The notes below the pieces were generated by a model that saw nothing but the letters and a program-made list of their open reading frames with translations, did not search any database and was not told the origin of the DNA. Shown one piece after another: positions 1 to 13,194 of a stretch of DNA of 64,000 bases. The position numbers and the translations under genes were made by a program. Position 1 is the stretch's first letter, and every line of letters starts with the position of its first letter. The DNA comes from Hormiphora californensis. Taxonomy: Eukaryota > Animalia > Ctenophora. Where the stretch lies: NCBI GenBank assembly GCA_020137815.1, contig CM035351.1, forward strand, positions 868,001-932,000, written 5' to 3'.

Positions 1-99
1 AGAATATGCTGAGTTATGCTTGATGTACTCACACATCTGACTACCCAATTATTACCCGCAGTTCCCATGACCCACACTACGCACTGGATGGTTACTTAC

Positions 100-3000
100 C
101 CGAAAGAAAACAGCTGCTCTCCTATAAGCTGGAGATCGCACGGCTTGGTGTTTGCCTCAAACGTTACAATAGCACCTCCATAAAAGAAAATGTAATCATC
201 TCCCCGAGCCCTTTTGAAGCCTTCTTCAACTGAGTCAACTGTCACCATGCCCTTGTAGACAGCCTCTAGTTCGGGGGAGGTGGCTGAACCGAGGAGGATC
301 TCAGCGTTAGTCCCCTTCACCGTACCCCACTGTATCTCGTCCTGACTGATCAGCTCAGTAATCGAGTTGATGCCACTCTGCATTCGTGTGACTGTCAGAA
401 AGGCAGCCAAGTTAGCTGTGTACATTGCCGTTACAATCAGAATCATGAACCACCACATCGCTAGGATCACCCGGCCGGACATGTTTCGAGGGACGCCCTC
501 GACGGGTCCAATGCTGAACAGACAGGCAGCTATCATCCACAGCGAGTTTCCGATGTTCATTAATTCTGAAAGTGTACGTCACAATCACGGAAATCTCAAT
601 CACGTTCACGGGTAATTAATCACGTTCAGTAGAATAAGATCAAGAGAGAAAGAGAGACCAATTACCTTCTCTGTTCTCGCTTGGATCTCTCAGGCGAGTT
701 TCGAACAGACAGAGCTCTTCTTCCGAGTCTAGAGAGATCTCCTTGTTGCAACGGAACGCCTCACATGACTTACAGGAACACCGGAGAGCCGCGTGCATCC
801 GCCGTCCGTAGAACCCAAACGGGGACATGTGATCATACAACCAGATGAGCAGCACCATCAAGACAGCAAATGCCAAAATGGCATACCTGATCGAGAGAAA
901 TAATTCATTTAATATATCATACGGTTACGGTGTTACGGACAAAGCATTTCATAGCATTTTTCAGCTGTAGTCAACCCTCCTCAATATAAAAGGTTGCCCT
1001 CGTTTGCATACTCGATCACCTACCAAAGATCCACGTCAAACGGTTTCGTCCAGAAGAACGGATCGCTTTTAGATTCCTTGATCTTGGTCGTCATCACCAG
1101 GCCCGTATTATGGAAGGGCATGGAGAAATCCACGGCCTTCTCCCTGGCCTTGTTCATGGCAAAGTTGACGGCTCCAACGTCTATCTCTTGGTCCAGTAAC
1201 ATCTTGATGATTCCATTCCAGGTGCCGTTGGGGTTGGGTGATCCAAACTTCTTGTCAGCAGGTAACATGGAACTCGTAGTCAAAGTCGAGGATATCAGAT
1301 AGCTTCTCAACCTAGCTCTGAAAGGAGATTATTCAGCAACATGAAGCATGATAAATACCTCATCGAACGCAAAATGAAACATGATAAAGGGTTCATTGAC
1401 TGTCACGTGAATAGAATCACAAATGTACCCTGATGTATGAATATTTTAGTGGTTCAATGTTCATTGTAGAACTCTATTTGGGCCACATGAGGAACCAGGA
1501 ACCGACCGAAACAAGTAAACAACCAATCAGAACTCGATATTTAGGTCACGTGACTGGTTATTAGCCAATCAGGGACCAGTATTTCCCCCATCATCATACC
1601 TATACAAAGTCCGGTGAAACATTGTTTCTGAAGTTCCCTGTCGTTTTTGAAGGACTCTGAACAGTTCATATCGATTGAGATGAAGGGTGGTTCCTGAGTG
1701 ACTCCAAGTTTTAGTAGGGTACCCTTTAGGGACTTGATGCTGCTGGTGGGTTTCTCCTTGCCCATCTTGTTCCATATTATGGACTTGTTGGCCATTGCCA
1801 GTCCATCTTCCTTGTCCCAACTACCAACCTGAAAAGGCATGCTTTGGAATACAGGCCGTGTTCACTGTTCGAACCTGCAAACAACAAGAGAATCACTAAT
1901 TTAGCGGGCTTCTGGTTTTGTACTTACTTTGACCATGGCTTCCTTCTGAAAGTTGACAATGTCGTATCGTTTCTTTATTGGACCATGAAATTCGTCAAAC
2001 ACTTTCCGTCCAGTTACACCCTGGTAGTCCGTCTGAAGGAGTGATCGGGGATATTATCGGGTATATTATCGGGGATATTATCGGGGATATTATCGGGGAT
2101 ATTATCGGGGATATTATCCCCGGGATATCGGGTGACATGATATACCGAGGCGAGCCTTGGCAACCAACCCTTGTTTTAAAAGGTCGGATTGATAGTCTCT
2201 GATACTGACCGCACACTTCACTCGATCAAATAATTAAACTTACATTTTGCATGTACTTGAGGATGACTGGACCCAGCTCGTAGCCTCTAACGGGAGAGGA
2301 CCAGAAATCCGTCTCGGGTTGTTTCACTTGCCAGTGGTCCTCGTAAATCAGTCTGTTGAGGGCGTCCGATATCACCCCCACCGCATCGTACGTCAAATAC
2401 GCTCGGTTCTAAATAAGAGAAAGGATTTAATGAAACACTTCAAAAGTTCAGCATCGCGTTTAAAATAGCATGCAAATAGCGGGCTAGTCGATGCAAGCTA
2501 CTGCTTTGATGATGGATTTGTATGTCCCCCTGTTAAAGTAGTGGCTACTGTTATACTAATTACCATGGTTACTGTACTAGTTACCATGGTTACTGAACTG
2601 GTTACCATGGTTACTGTTATACTAGTTACCATGGTTACTGTTATAATTACTGGTTTACCTTCAGGGGAAGGTACTCTTTAGTTTCTTCGCTCGGTACGAT
2701 CCCTTCTGGGGAGAAGAGGGCAGGTGTATTTATGAGATGTCAGTCAAAATTAGGACGCAGTATACACTGTATACTATACAGACAAGACCAACGGTAGTGC
2801 ACTGATGAGTGATCTACAGAGTCATAATTGGAGGCATCATGGTGTTGGGTTGTTTAAGGGTACGCTAACCAAAATATTTTTTCGAGTGCAGGGAAATCTC
2901 TCACCGTAGGGTTGTAGGCCATGCCAAGGAGACCTCAAATATGCAATTTGAGCTGTCAAGTCGAATTCATATTTTTGCTACAGCTGCTTGAAAAATGAAC

Positions 3001-6000
3001 TGAAAATAAGTTTTTGGCATCTTAAAAATACATTTGTAAAGATAGGATCATAAAAATTTGTGGATTTGAAGAGGACAAAAAGGTGAGTAGCCACAAAAAA
3101 TTTTTTTGAAATCCGAGCTGATTTCCGGTCCTGAGATGGATTTCTTTTTTTTGACTTTAACGCCATATTTGGCCAAGTTCCGAAAATATGTGAAAGCTGT
3201 AAATTGGTCAAAAGTTGCGTCTAACGATTCTCTAAGTGGCCATAAATTTTGGGCGTGTCCTTATTTGAGATAAGCTGTACAGAGTTTTTTTTGTGAAAGC
3301 CGTCATTTCAGAAATAAATAAATTCCCTGTATCTCAAAAACGGCTGATCGTAGAGACCTGAGACTATGCTTAAACGATTCAGAAGGTCCGATTTTGGGGG
3401 GGTCTTCTGAGAGACATTTTGCTCCTACTTCAACCGTTTTTGCTGTAATTGCGAAAAACAAAAACCCATCTTCGCCATCGTGGATTTTTTGTGATTTTGT
3501 TTTTGATGATTATGGGGACCCATATGGACCAAATAGTGAAGGAATTAGCTTGTTAAACATTTTTCCATAGTTTCGGTCCTTTCTTAGCTAAAATTCCCTA
3601 ATTACAGGATATTGGAGTTTAGCTTTTGCCCTTTTCATAGAATTTGTTTTTCGCAATTACAGCAAAAACGGTTGAAGTAGGAGCAAAATGTCTCTCAGAA
3701 GACCCCCCCCAAAATCGGACCTTCTGAATCGTTTAAGCATAGTCTCAGGTCTCTACGATCAGCCGTTTTTGAGATACAGGGAATTTATTTATTTCTGAAA
3801 TGACGGCTTTCACAAAAAAAACTCTGTACAGCTTATCTCAAATAAGGACACGCCCAAAATTTATGGCCACTTAGAGAATCGTTAGACGCAACTTTTGACC
3901 AATTTACAGCTTTCACATATTTTCGGAACTTGGCCAAATATGGCGTTAAAGTCAAAAAAAAGAAATCCATCTCAGGACCGGAAATCAGCTCGGATTTCAA
4001 AAAAATTTTTTGTGGCTACTCACCTTTTTGTCCTCTTCAAATCCACAAATTTTTATGATCCTATCTTTACAAATGTATTTTTAAGATGCCAAAAACTTAT
4101 TTTCAGTTCATTTTTCAAGCAGCTGTAGCAAAAATATGAATTCGACTTGAGAGCTCAAATTGCATATTTGAGGTCTCCTTGGCATGGCCTACAACCCTGC
4201 GGTGAGAGATTTCCCTGCACTCGAAAAAAATTTTTGGTTAGCGTACCCTTAAGTTGTTTTTATGTTGTAGAATGTAGGGCGGGAATTTCCTCTAGTATTG
4301 AAAATGTAAAAACGCTTCAAAAGTAGCGCAAAAGTGCTTTGGAGAGATTCGAGTTATGAAGCGATTTGAAAATCATGGTATGCTGCTCATAGGGAGATGA
4401 TTCTTGTTGTCATGACGACACACGGACTCACATACGGTGTTACGAATTGGCTACCTCCGGTTTGCCTTGTTAATCGGAGAAACACCTCAGTGCTATCAGG
4501 TGGTCCAGTGGGTATGAGTCCCAGGGTTCCTTGGACGTACATCTCAAACTCATTAGTGGTACTGTTGAACAGCTGGTGCTGCGGAGAGAGAGAGGATAAT
4601 AATGTGAGTAACATTAGAAAGACAAAGCAATCAAGAAACATGTTGGTTGCCTAGCAACGTTTTATTGATTGCCTATAGCAACATACCGCATCATTGGCAG
4701 TTGCATCAGTTACGAATCCATGCATATTCAGGTCCGACCATGCCCAGCTTCCATGGCTGTCTTGAGGATGGGCCTCGCAGTAACCGCTGTGCACATTCAT
4801 AATCGTTATCCTCGTCTCACTGTCCTTTAGATTCTGGATCTGATCACTGTATAAGAGTGGAGCAAATTAAGTTGGCGACAATCAACTTATTTGCAGCTAT
4901 TGAAAACCTGCGTGATCAAGGGTACGTGTTGTGATATTACTTACGTGACGTTTAGTTGGGTTATGTTCTTGACAAGAGGAATCATCTCGTTAGCAACTAT
5001 CTTGATTCTCCTATCATTAGAGTACCGCTGGAATGTCGTCAACCCATTGATACCTGCGGTTGAAATAGAGTTAGACCCTGATTGATCGGATCCTGGATTC
5101 AGGTTGTTTTTCGGAAGTCTGAAAGAATCAAGTGAAGAGAGAGAATGGGAGTTCTCCCTCCCTCTCTCTCTCCCTCTCTCTCTCTCTCTCCCTCTCCCTC
5201 TCACACAGCCTGCATTTATATTCACTGAATATTATTCAGATCGTACCGTAGCTGTCCATGGAGCTGATGATGGCGATTCTGTTCCACTTCATGTGTTGCA
5301 TGAGATCCAGCAGTGCCAGACTTTGAAACTCATCCAGGGGCTGCATGTGAAACAAATACTTGGACCACAGGGCGTTCCTTAGAAACGGATCTGAAAATAC
5401 AGGGCATTCCTTAGAAACGGATCTGAAAATACAGGGCGTTCCTTTGAAACGGATCTGAAAATCTGTTGTTAGCTTTTTGACTGGGATTGGATTCGGGTGA
5501 GGCCAGCCGGTCTTTGGATTTTTAGTCCACCATACCACGCCTAATTCTACAACACTTAAATTGTAGTAGCAGGATAGATTTAGTACATGTCCTAATTTCG
5601 ACCCACATGAATATGCTATGTCAGCATTTGGGTTGTATTTGTTCATACTATTATTGAGTATTGAGGGGAGGTGCAACAGCACAACATTTGGGCCAAACTT
5701 AGAGTGAGCAAAGTCTGGCCTACTGTAAATTTCGTTTCATGTGAGGCAATCTAAAACTAAAAGGAAACGTACGTTTTAGCTTAGAAGTAAAAACGGAATT
5801 GAAAGATCTACTGCGACCCCCCCCCCCCCTAAACATCCCGGTAAATCGAGGTCCAAATTAGCAGGATCACTCACCGGTTGCTGTGGGCGCTATCATGGGA
5901 ATTTGTAGCTCGCTGAGAATATAGGATGCTATGACAGCGTGGGATGAACGGAATGGTCCGACAACCGCTGACACTTTTTGATTTACCAGCTCGAGAACTG

Positions 6001-6821
6001 AAAAATGGAGAGGGTTTTATAAAACAAGGGCAGAGGAATTCTGATACCTGTCTACTGAAGAGAGGGAGATAACTTTTCAAGGAGAAGCTCATATGTTTCT
6101 AGGCAGATAAAAAAGCAGCTTACCATTTCGTATGATGACAGGTAAAAAAGCAGCTTACCATTTCGTATGATGCCAGATAAAAAAGCAGCTTACCATTTCG
6201 TATGATGGCAGATGGAGATTCCTCAGCAGATTTCATGGACTTTATTAGTGGTTTCAGGATGGTTTGAGAGAGGAGAGTGTGGTTGTCATTCACATTCTCC
6301 ACTGCCAACCTAAATGCACTCTCAACCTCGTTTAGTCCGGCGTGAGTTAACAAACCTGCAGGAATATATAGACAGTTGATGAGAGCTTGGCTACCATCGG
6401 CATAAACCCCTGCCGAGGGGTTGGTTACGAAGTTACCCCTTGCCAGCACAAGCGAAGGTCTCCTGGCGACCTGAGCTAGGCACTTTAGAGGGGTTATTTC
6501 GTAACCAATGGGGAGCACCGCTGATGTAGATGCAGGTGTTGGAGTTGGCCTACCAGTAATTTTCATTTGTATATTAGAATTAGAATCAATTAGAACCAGT
6601 TTGTCACAATACAAGGCTATTTATACGTAACAAATTAGGCTTCCGTTTGCTCATTACATGAACCGTGCTAGCCGCTCATAATAATCATTTATACGAACAA
6701 TTAGTAGGGCAATTACAAACCAATTAAAGTGTTCACATAACATGTTATAATTACCTATTCGTAGTTCATTGGTGTATGCATTGCACAGTTGAAGAAGCAG
6801 GGGCAGGATAAGCAAGTGCAT
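100..6821 (-). CDS. Ionotropic glutamate receptor subunit (ctenophore epsilon-like iGluR), multi-exon, 3' end outside the window
   Basis: GT-AG exons read by hand: 6821-6755, 6355-6194, 5997-5875, 5390-5247, 5053-4945, 4846-4687, 4578-4436, 2705-2659, 2408-2244, 2032-1928, 1828-1600, 1317-1024, 886-666, 565-100. They give a signal peptide (MHLLILPLLLQLCNA), a LIVBP-like ATD (AVVGPFRS, LTYDAV, GVTGRKVFD, YDIVNF..VGSW), S1 (QEPPF, WNGIIKML, REKAVDFSMPF), M1, pore (SLWMIAACLFSIG..PRN), M3 MYTANLAAFLT and S2 (WGTVKGT, KPCDL). Several +1 frameshifts (exons 4846-4687 and 1317-1024, and a phase mismatch after 4436) are probably read errors. Confidence 0.93.
1497..1586 (+). mobile_element. Truncated copy of the CAGGAACCGACCGA hAT-like MITE family
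   Basis: Near-identical to 34948-35040; lies in an iGluR intron next to a donor site. A partial reverse copy is at ~32296-32345. Confidence 0.75.
2044..2135. repeat. 12-bp tandem repeat (ATCGGGGATATT)n, intronic
   Basis: About 7 visible copies; explains the IIGD/ISPI repeats in spurious ORFs. Confidence 0.9.
2858..4248. mobile_element. Non-autonomous foldback DNA transposon with ~600-bp inverted arms and TTAA flanks (Kolobok-like termini)
   Basis: TTAA|GGGTACGCTAACCAAAA...TTTTGGTTAGCGTACCC|TTAA. Arms ~2858-3462 and ~3643-4248 are near-perfect reverse complements; ORFs 2978-3211(-) and 3895-4128(+) are identical. No transposase. Confidence 0.88.
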
Positions 6822-7194
6822 TATGTTATCTAAAGGATCTAGTTGTTCTCACTGCACTGCTGCCACTTCGATCCAAGTTCACTGGTCATACGTCAACATG
6901 AACTAAACACTTTCTGTAGATTCTCATTACAAGAGAGATGAACACAGATTACAAGAGAGAGATGGACACACAGAGATATGTGGAACTAGAGAGAGATATG
7001 TGGAAGTAGAGAAGGATAAAACGAGATAGAAAGATGGAAAAGGAGAAGATCTCGCATAGAACCGGGAAATTGGCCGGCTGCAAGGCGCGGACCGAGCAGA
7101 GCAAATTGATTCTAATCGAAACTAAGCTAAGCTATTGAGAAGGAGAAGAAGTGTAGGAAAGAGAGGAAGGAGACAGAGAGACATAGAAAAATAA

Positions 7195-7547
<353 letters not shown>

Positions 7548-7667
7548 ATAGCTAACACGTACACAGTGGACAGATTGTTGACTCTATTTAACTACTAAAT
7601 GATATATATTTCTACCTGGAAAGCGCAGAGTCACACAAACAGTTGCAGCAAACTAAACACACAGCGG

Positions 7668-7738
7668 CCGACTTGACTAGCATAAAAGGCAGCGACTTGA
7701 CTAGCATAAAAGGCAGCGACTTGACTAGCATAAAAGGC
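7668..7738. repeat. 24-bp tandem repeat x3 (CGACTTGACTAGCATAAAAGGCAG)
   Basis: Three direct copies visible. Confidence 0.9.
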
Positions 7739-9082
7739 GGTCCCCGTCCATGGCCGTGGATTGGGACATTAAGAAAATCCCATTGGTCTGTACAGACTCA
7801 AAGGTCGACAATGGTTTCCTCCAGGAAGGATGATGACGATAATCATACACTTTGAATGGAACATGGTTACCATCGTTTGAAAATAATAATCAGGCACGTC
7901 ATAAAATATTTACTCTCTAAATTTGGGTCTTGCCGGTTGAACAGAGATAGAATAGGGAGAGAGCGGGAGAGATCAATAAAAGAGGGCTCTCGATTGTCCG
8001 CGTCGTGATGATGATTATACAGCTGGACAGCCGGAAAACCGCCCCATTTATCACGAGGAAGAGGGTGAGAAGAAGAGCGAGAGAGAGAGAGTGAGAGAGA
8101 GAGAGAGAGAGGGAGAAAGAAAGAGAGAAAGAAAGAGGGAAAGAGAGAAAGAGAGAAAGAGAGAAAGAGAGAAAGAGAGAAATGATATATTATTTCTCAT
8201 ATATGTGTTCCCATGATGAACTACAATTTATCATTATCGTCATGTGTACATATGACCAGCTATTAATATTCCCTACTGTATCTCTAGTGGAGCGAGAGTG
8301 AAGGGATTGTTCTAATGATGCATTGTGCTAATGGTACATTGTTATCACGACATCACGATTGTGTGTGGTGTGAGAGGCGGCTCTGACCGGGTGTCCAGGT
8401 CGACAAAAATACAGTATCACAACATCGACAATGACCATTGAGGATCTCCTAAAGTGCCGGCGAAATCGCTTTTAGCAATATCTACCCAGGCACTTTTAGG
8501 TGAAGATCAAAAGAATAAGGAGGATCCTAGCAAACTGATTAACTATTAGTTCTTGAACTGACGGAAAAGTTAGCTGATCATCAGAGGGCAACGAAAAAGT
8601 AATTTTGCTAGACTCTAGAGTCTGATCGCATCCTTCGATTGACAATCCCATGATGAACTAAGTATGGTCTGGTCATACCAAAAAGCAGCCTGGTGGTTGA
8701 GAGTGGGAGCTGCACAAACAATGCATAACATGCCTATAAACTATGCGGAAGGATGCTTGTCGAGTAAGGCCACACTTGTAAGGTTTCACAGGGCACGTGA
8801 GTAATACAACCAACCATGTAGCTATGAGGGCTGGTTACACAACCATTATAGAACTCATCTCATGTGTTCAAGTAAACAACTCTGCATGTGGCCATGGTGT
8901 GTCGACCAGGTCATGTTAGTTATAAGTTTAGATATAGTATGACCCTGCTGCTGCTGTACTACACTCTGCCATATCACACTACTGCGAGGTTGTAATTGCA
9001 AGCATGCAAATAAAATGATATCTGGGGGAATAGGAAAGCCATGGCACAGCCGTTATATATATATACGAGATTCCCAGCCCGG

Positions 9083-9171
<89 letters not shown>

Positions 9172-9324
9172 GAGAAAATGGGTAGAACGTATCGAAACAC
9201 GTTGCACTATCATGAGCCTTATATTGGATTAGGGAATACTGCAGTAGCTTTGGGTAGATGTGTAGTACAAGCAAAAGTTGCACTCCCTTCAAGTACTACA
9301 TACCACCATATGATGCTGAAATTT

Positions 9325-9358
<34 letters not shown>

Positions 9359-9383
9359 CCCCCTCTCTCTCTCACTCCTCCTC

Positions 9384-9452
<69 letters not shown>

Positions 9453-10482
9453 TTCTCTCCATCCCATAATATAAAAGCGGGGCGGGGGTATAAGCTGCCA
9501 CATTGGACGGTGTAGGTGTATTACAAGAACAAGGCCTTACATATATAGCAGCAGCTCAAATATAAGTGAGATCTCGCTATAATGCTAGAGAGAGCCCTCC
9601 CCAATGGATGTACCTTACACAATATGTGTAAAGCTAGAGATAATCGTTCATTCTTTTCACTTTTCTTTCGGATTTCGGAACAATGGGAGGCGAACAATAC
9701 TGCATGTACCCGGTACATTTCGCCTCTTTGAACTTTTGCATACGCAAGGAGTGCAGGGATCAAACAAAAAAGGCTCAAGAGGTGATGATGAGATGCATCA
9801 TCGTTCCTCCCACACCCTCTACCGTTTATAAAGAGCCAAATACCTCTATATCAACCCATGCTCATAATATCCGCCTTCTACATACATGTGTGTGCTAGTA
9901 CACAAGCATATCATCGCCCACTTGGCTCTCCCTTTTGCTCTCCCTTTTGTCCCGCTAACATAATAACTAACTGTGCCCCTGTTTACAGGACCAGTGTGAA
10001 ATGGACCTGCCGACTACGCCAGAACAGATCAGAAGGATAAAGGTAACTATTAGTAATTAGTAAATTAGTAAACACTTACGCAAATCAAGCTGCTTTGAGG
10101 CGGTACATTATGGGGATACGAACCCGTGCAAAACAGATTTTGGCGTGTAAAAACTCTGTCGTTAATGTCTTGCTAAATATCTCGGCTAATGCCGCGAGAA
10201 AGCAATCTCTCGAACAGAACTTGTTGTTCAGACTGCTGTTGGAATAATTGGAACGGCAGAACGGTTTAAAAAAACCATGACAGCATGAAGATCCTGGTAC
10301 AAAAACTATTCTGAAGAACATTCATGAGAGCTAACTGATCAGTTTCTCTCGTCATTATATTCGGAATAAACAACTGATCTGAACGTCTCTTCTGTTCCTG
10401 GCACTAATTTCTTGATCTGATTGTATTTCTATGTCTCTCTCTTCTCTGAATATATATCGGCGAAGGTCAATCATCGATAAAC

Positions 10483-10655
<173 letters not shown>

Positions 10656-11544
10656 GATCACGAAGAAGAAGAAGAAGGATGTGTGCTGAACTAGGCGATA
10701 AATAATCCTTCAATTTGACCAATTAATAATGTTTAGAACTACTTAGCACATCATTGTGTGAGAGAATGGTTTATAACGAACTTGTTAAAATGTAAAACAC
10801 AAACCACGGCTGAAGCAGTGATTGAAAATTTATCAAAAATATCTTGGCACAGCTCCTTTGAAGTGTGACCTAGCAGTATACTTGCAGCACATGGTACGTG
10901 CGTCTATCGACAGAGTGGGAATGCTGTTTCAGACATTTGAAACAACATTCCCACTTTGCCTTATATCTAATTCGCCAATATATCCGGTCAACCGTTTCTA
11001 TACCATGCTTACAGGCAAGGTTACATAACAGTATAGCCTCTAAGACTGATTTGAGTGTGTTTATTGGTTAAACTGATAAAAAAGAGGGGAATAGAAATTA
11101 CACGCTTGGATGGTAGGCGAGGAAACGAATAATACGGAAACGGAATTGAATAATTAAAACGCATATCATATTGGAGAATATAAGAGTGCAGGAGGTGGTG
11201 GTAGTTTCGCAAATTAGACACCTTTCTAACAAGAGAATTGAGTCAGATTTGTACAAATCTCTTTGTACAAATCTCTGTATCCGTGTCTACTAAACAACAA
11301 GAAAGGGAGGAATTAGTTTCAGTTTGGACGACGTGTGATGCAGCACTATGTACGTGACGTGTTGAAAGGTGGATGAGTCAAGATATAGTGGATGTACATG
11401 TCTTCTGGTTTTCTATAAAGCTCAACACACTCACGTCAGATATTTGGTTATTCAAAAGAAGTAATTATGGTAATTAGTGTGCCAGTGCCCTGAACTTCAA
11501 GGAAATCTCTTAACACATTTCTCAGCTACTTGATCAACGTGTAA

Positions 11545-13194
11545 TTAGGAACATTTCTTAACCCGTTCTGTCATGAGTCCGTGATACTGTACAATCCGTC
11601 TGACTACTAACAAAACACACCAAGCACACAGGACAGTTACCATGGTTACTATAGTAACGACCACACCCAAAACGTCCAAGTTGTGGATTTCAACAAAGCT
11701 TTGCTCAGCCAGCAGCTCGTTCCTCAGAAACTTCAAATCCCCGTGACGGAGCAGCAGATTTACATAATGAAGGAGTTTTTCGGTTCCGGTGGCAGGTACA
11801 GATTCAAATATCTCCCTGGCCTGGGTAAGGGCAGCACTGTACCTGGCCTTGTTTACCAACATCTCACCAACAAGTCCGGTGAAACTCTCCCTATTGATCT
11901 GAGAGGGGAGGAGAAGCTCCCCAAACCCCCTCCTCCGCACCAGATACCCATTCATGGACTGATCAGCAAAGATGGGTAGACACAAGACGGGAACCCCGTA
12001 ATAGATTGTCTCTATCCTTCCATTGTTCCCACAATGTGATACAAAGAGGGTGATCTGGCCACTGGCCAGTAGGTCTCTTTGGGGCGCCCAGGTGGTCCGG
12101 TAAAACCTATCAGCTGGCAGCCAATCAAACTGTGTCTCCATGGAAACCTTGATAACCACGGCAACACTCTCCATAGCAACCAAACTCTCCAAGATTTCCG
12201 GGTGAGACGGGACCAGGGAGAAATCAATATAGGAGCCAACAGAGAGAAACAACACAGACCTTCCTTTGGTGACCTGATATTCCAGGAAGTCATCCAGTGA
12301 TCCTTTCAAAGGATTACCCTGGGGTTTTAGGGCAGCACCGCCCATTTGAAGGACATTGTTTGGCAGCTGAATGGGGAAGGAGAATGCAATATGATCGTTA
12401 ATTATTGATAGCTCTATCCTCTTCATCAGTTGGTTCTCAGTTACATTGTATCTCCGGTAAACCGGCTCCATCACTTCACCCATATTAGTGAACAGTCGGT
12501 GGAACCCAAAGGCAAAGTTCACAAAGTTAACCGATCTCTCCCAAAGACCGGGTGGTGTATCATCTTGGTTGAATACAGAGTTTACAATTCCCGGCTCACT
12601 TGCAAAGAACTGGGGAAGGTTCTGTATCGCACGTGACTCCACGTACACGATCTCTGGTGTGTAGTTGATAAAGGGAATCTGGAGGGAATTAGTCACCGCG
12701 AGAAGGGCTAATTGTGTCATGTGTTCAGCTATGACGAGGTCAAACTGCTGCCTTTGGAGAAACTGCTCAAAGGGTTCACTGCAAAACAAGTCCCTGGATT
12801 TGATGTAGATCTGAATCCAACTGTCCCGGCACTCGTCCGCCCCACAGATGGAGTCAGCATACATGGTGCCATCAGATCCCTTCCTTACAATGTCCTTTAC
12901 ACACTTATCACAGATCTGACCGAACTCCTCCACTGTTAATACATCAACAAAAGGTTGGACAATAGTGAAATTATCAGATTCCTCCATCCCCAGCCTCCTA
13001 TCATGTTGTAGGGAGGTGAAGTGGACAAAGTGTCCCTGGTCTGCTAGCAGTTTACCAAGGTGTGCCATGGCGAAATAGTGACTGCCTGGAAAGGGTGCTG
13101 CAACGAGGATCCGAGCTGGGGCCGCCAGATCAGGGAGTAGGAGAACAAGGAATAGGGAGAGGATGGTGGTAGGACTCCTACTAGGAGTGTCCAT
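11545..13194 (-). CDS. UDP-glucuronosyl/glycosyltransferase (GT1, UGT family), intronless, ER membrane type
   Basis: Intact 549-aa ORF with a signal peptide, N-terminal GSH motif and FDLVI. It carries the UGT signature WAPQRDLL..FVSHCGNNGRIETIYYGVPVLCLPIFADQSMNG, a C-terminal TM helix and a KKxx ER-retrieval tail (KKCS). Confidence 0.96.
   Translation of the reverse strand: MDTPSRSPTTILSLFLVLLLPDLAAPARILVAAPFPGSHYFAMAHLGKLLADQGHFVHFTSLQHDRRLGMEESDNFTIVQPFVDVLTVEEFGQICDKCVKDIVRKGSDGTMYADSICGADECRDSWIQIYIKSRDLFCSEPFEQFLQRQQFDLVIAEHMTQLALLAVTNSLQIPFINYTPEIVYVESRAIQNLPQFFASEPGIVNSVFNQDDTPPGLWERSVNFVNFAFGFHRLFTNMGEVMEPVYRRYNVTENQLMKRIELSIINDHIAFSFPIQLPNNVLQMGGAALKPQGNPLKGSLDDFLEYQVTKGRSVLFLSVGSYIDFSLVPSHPEILESLVAMESVAVVIKVSMETQFDWLPADRFYRTTWAPQRDLLASGQITLFVSHCGNNGRIETIYYGVPVLCLPIFADQSMNGYLVRRRGFGELLLPSQINRESFTGLVGEMLVNKARYSAALTQAREIFESVPATGTEKLLHYVNLLLRHGDLKFLRNELLAEQSFVEIHNLDVLGVVVTIVTMVTVLCAWCVLLVVRRIVQYHGLMTERVKKCS

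Noticed and set aside
1829-1875. Extra iGluR coding sequence upstream of the 1828 acceptor
   Set aside because: The junction MVK|VGSW (1928>1828) is already in phase and matches the family motif; the longer version hits a stop.
2978-4128. Two identical 77-aa ORFs on opposite strands
   Set aside because: Consequence of the inverted arms of a non-coding foldback element; non-ATG starts and no transposase motifs.
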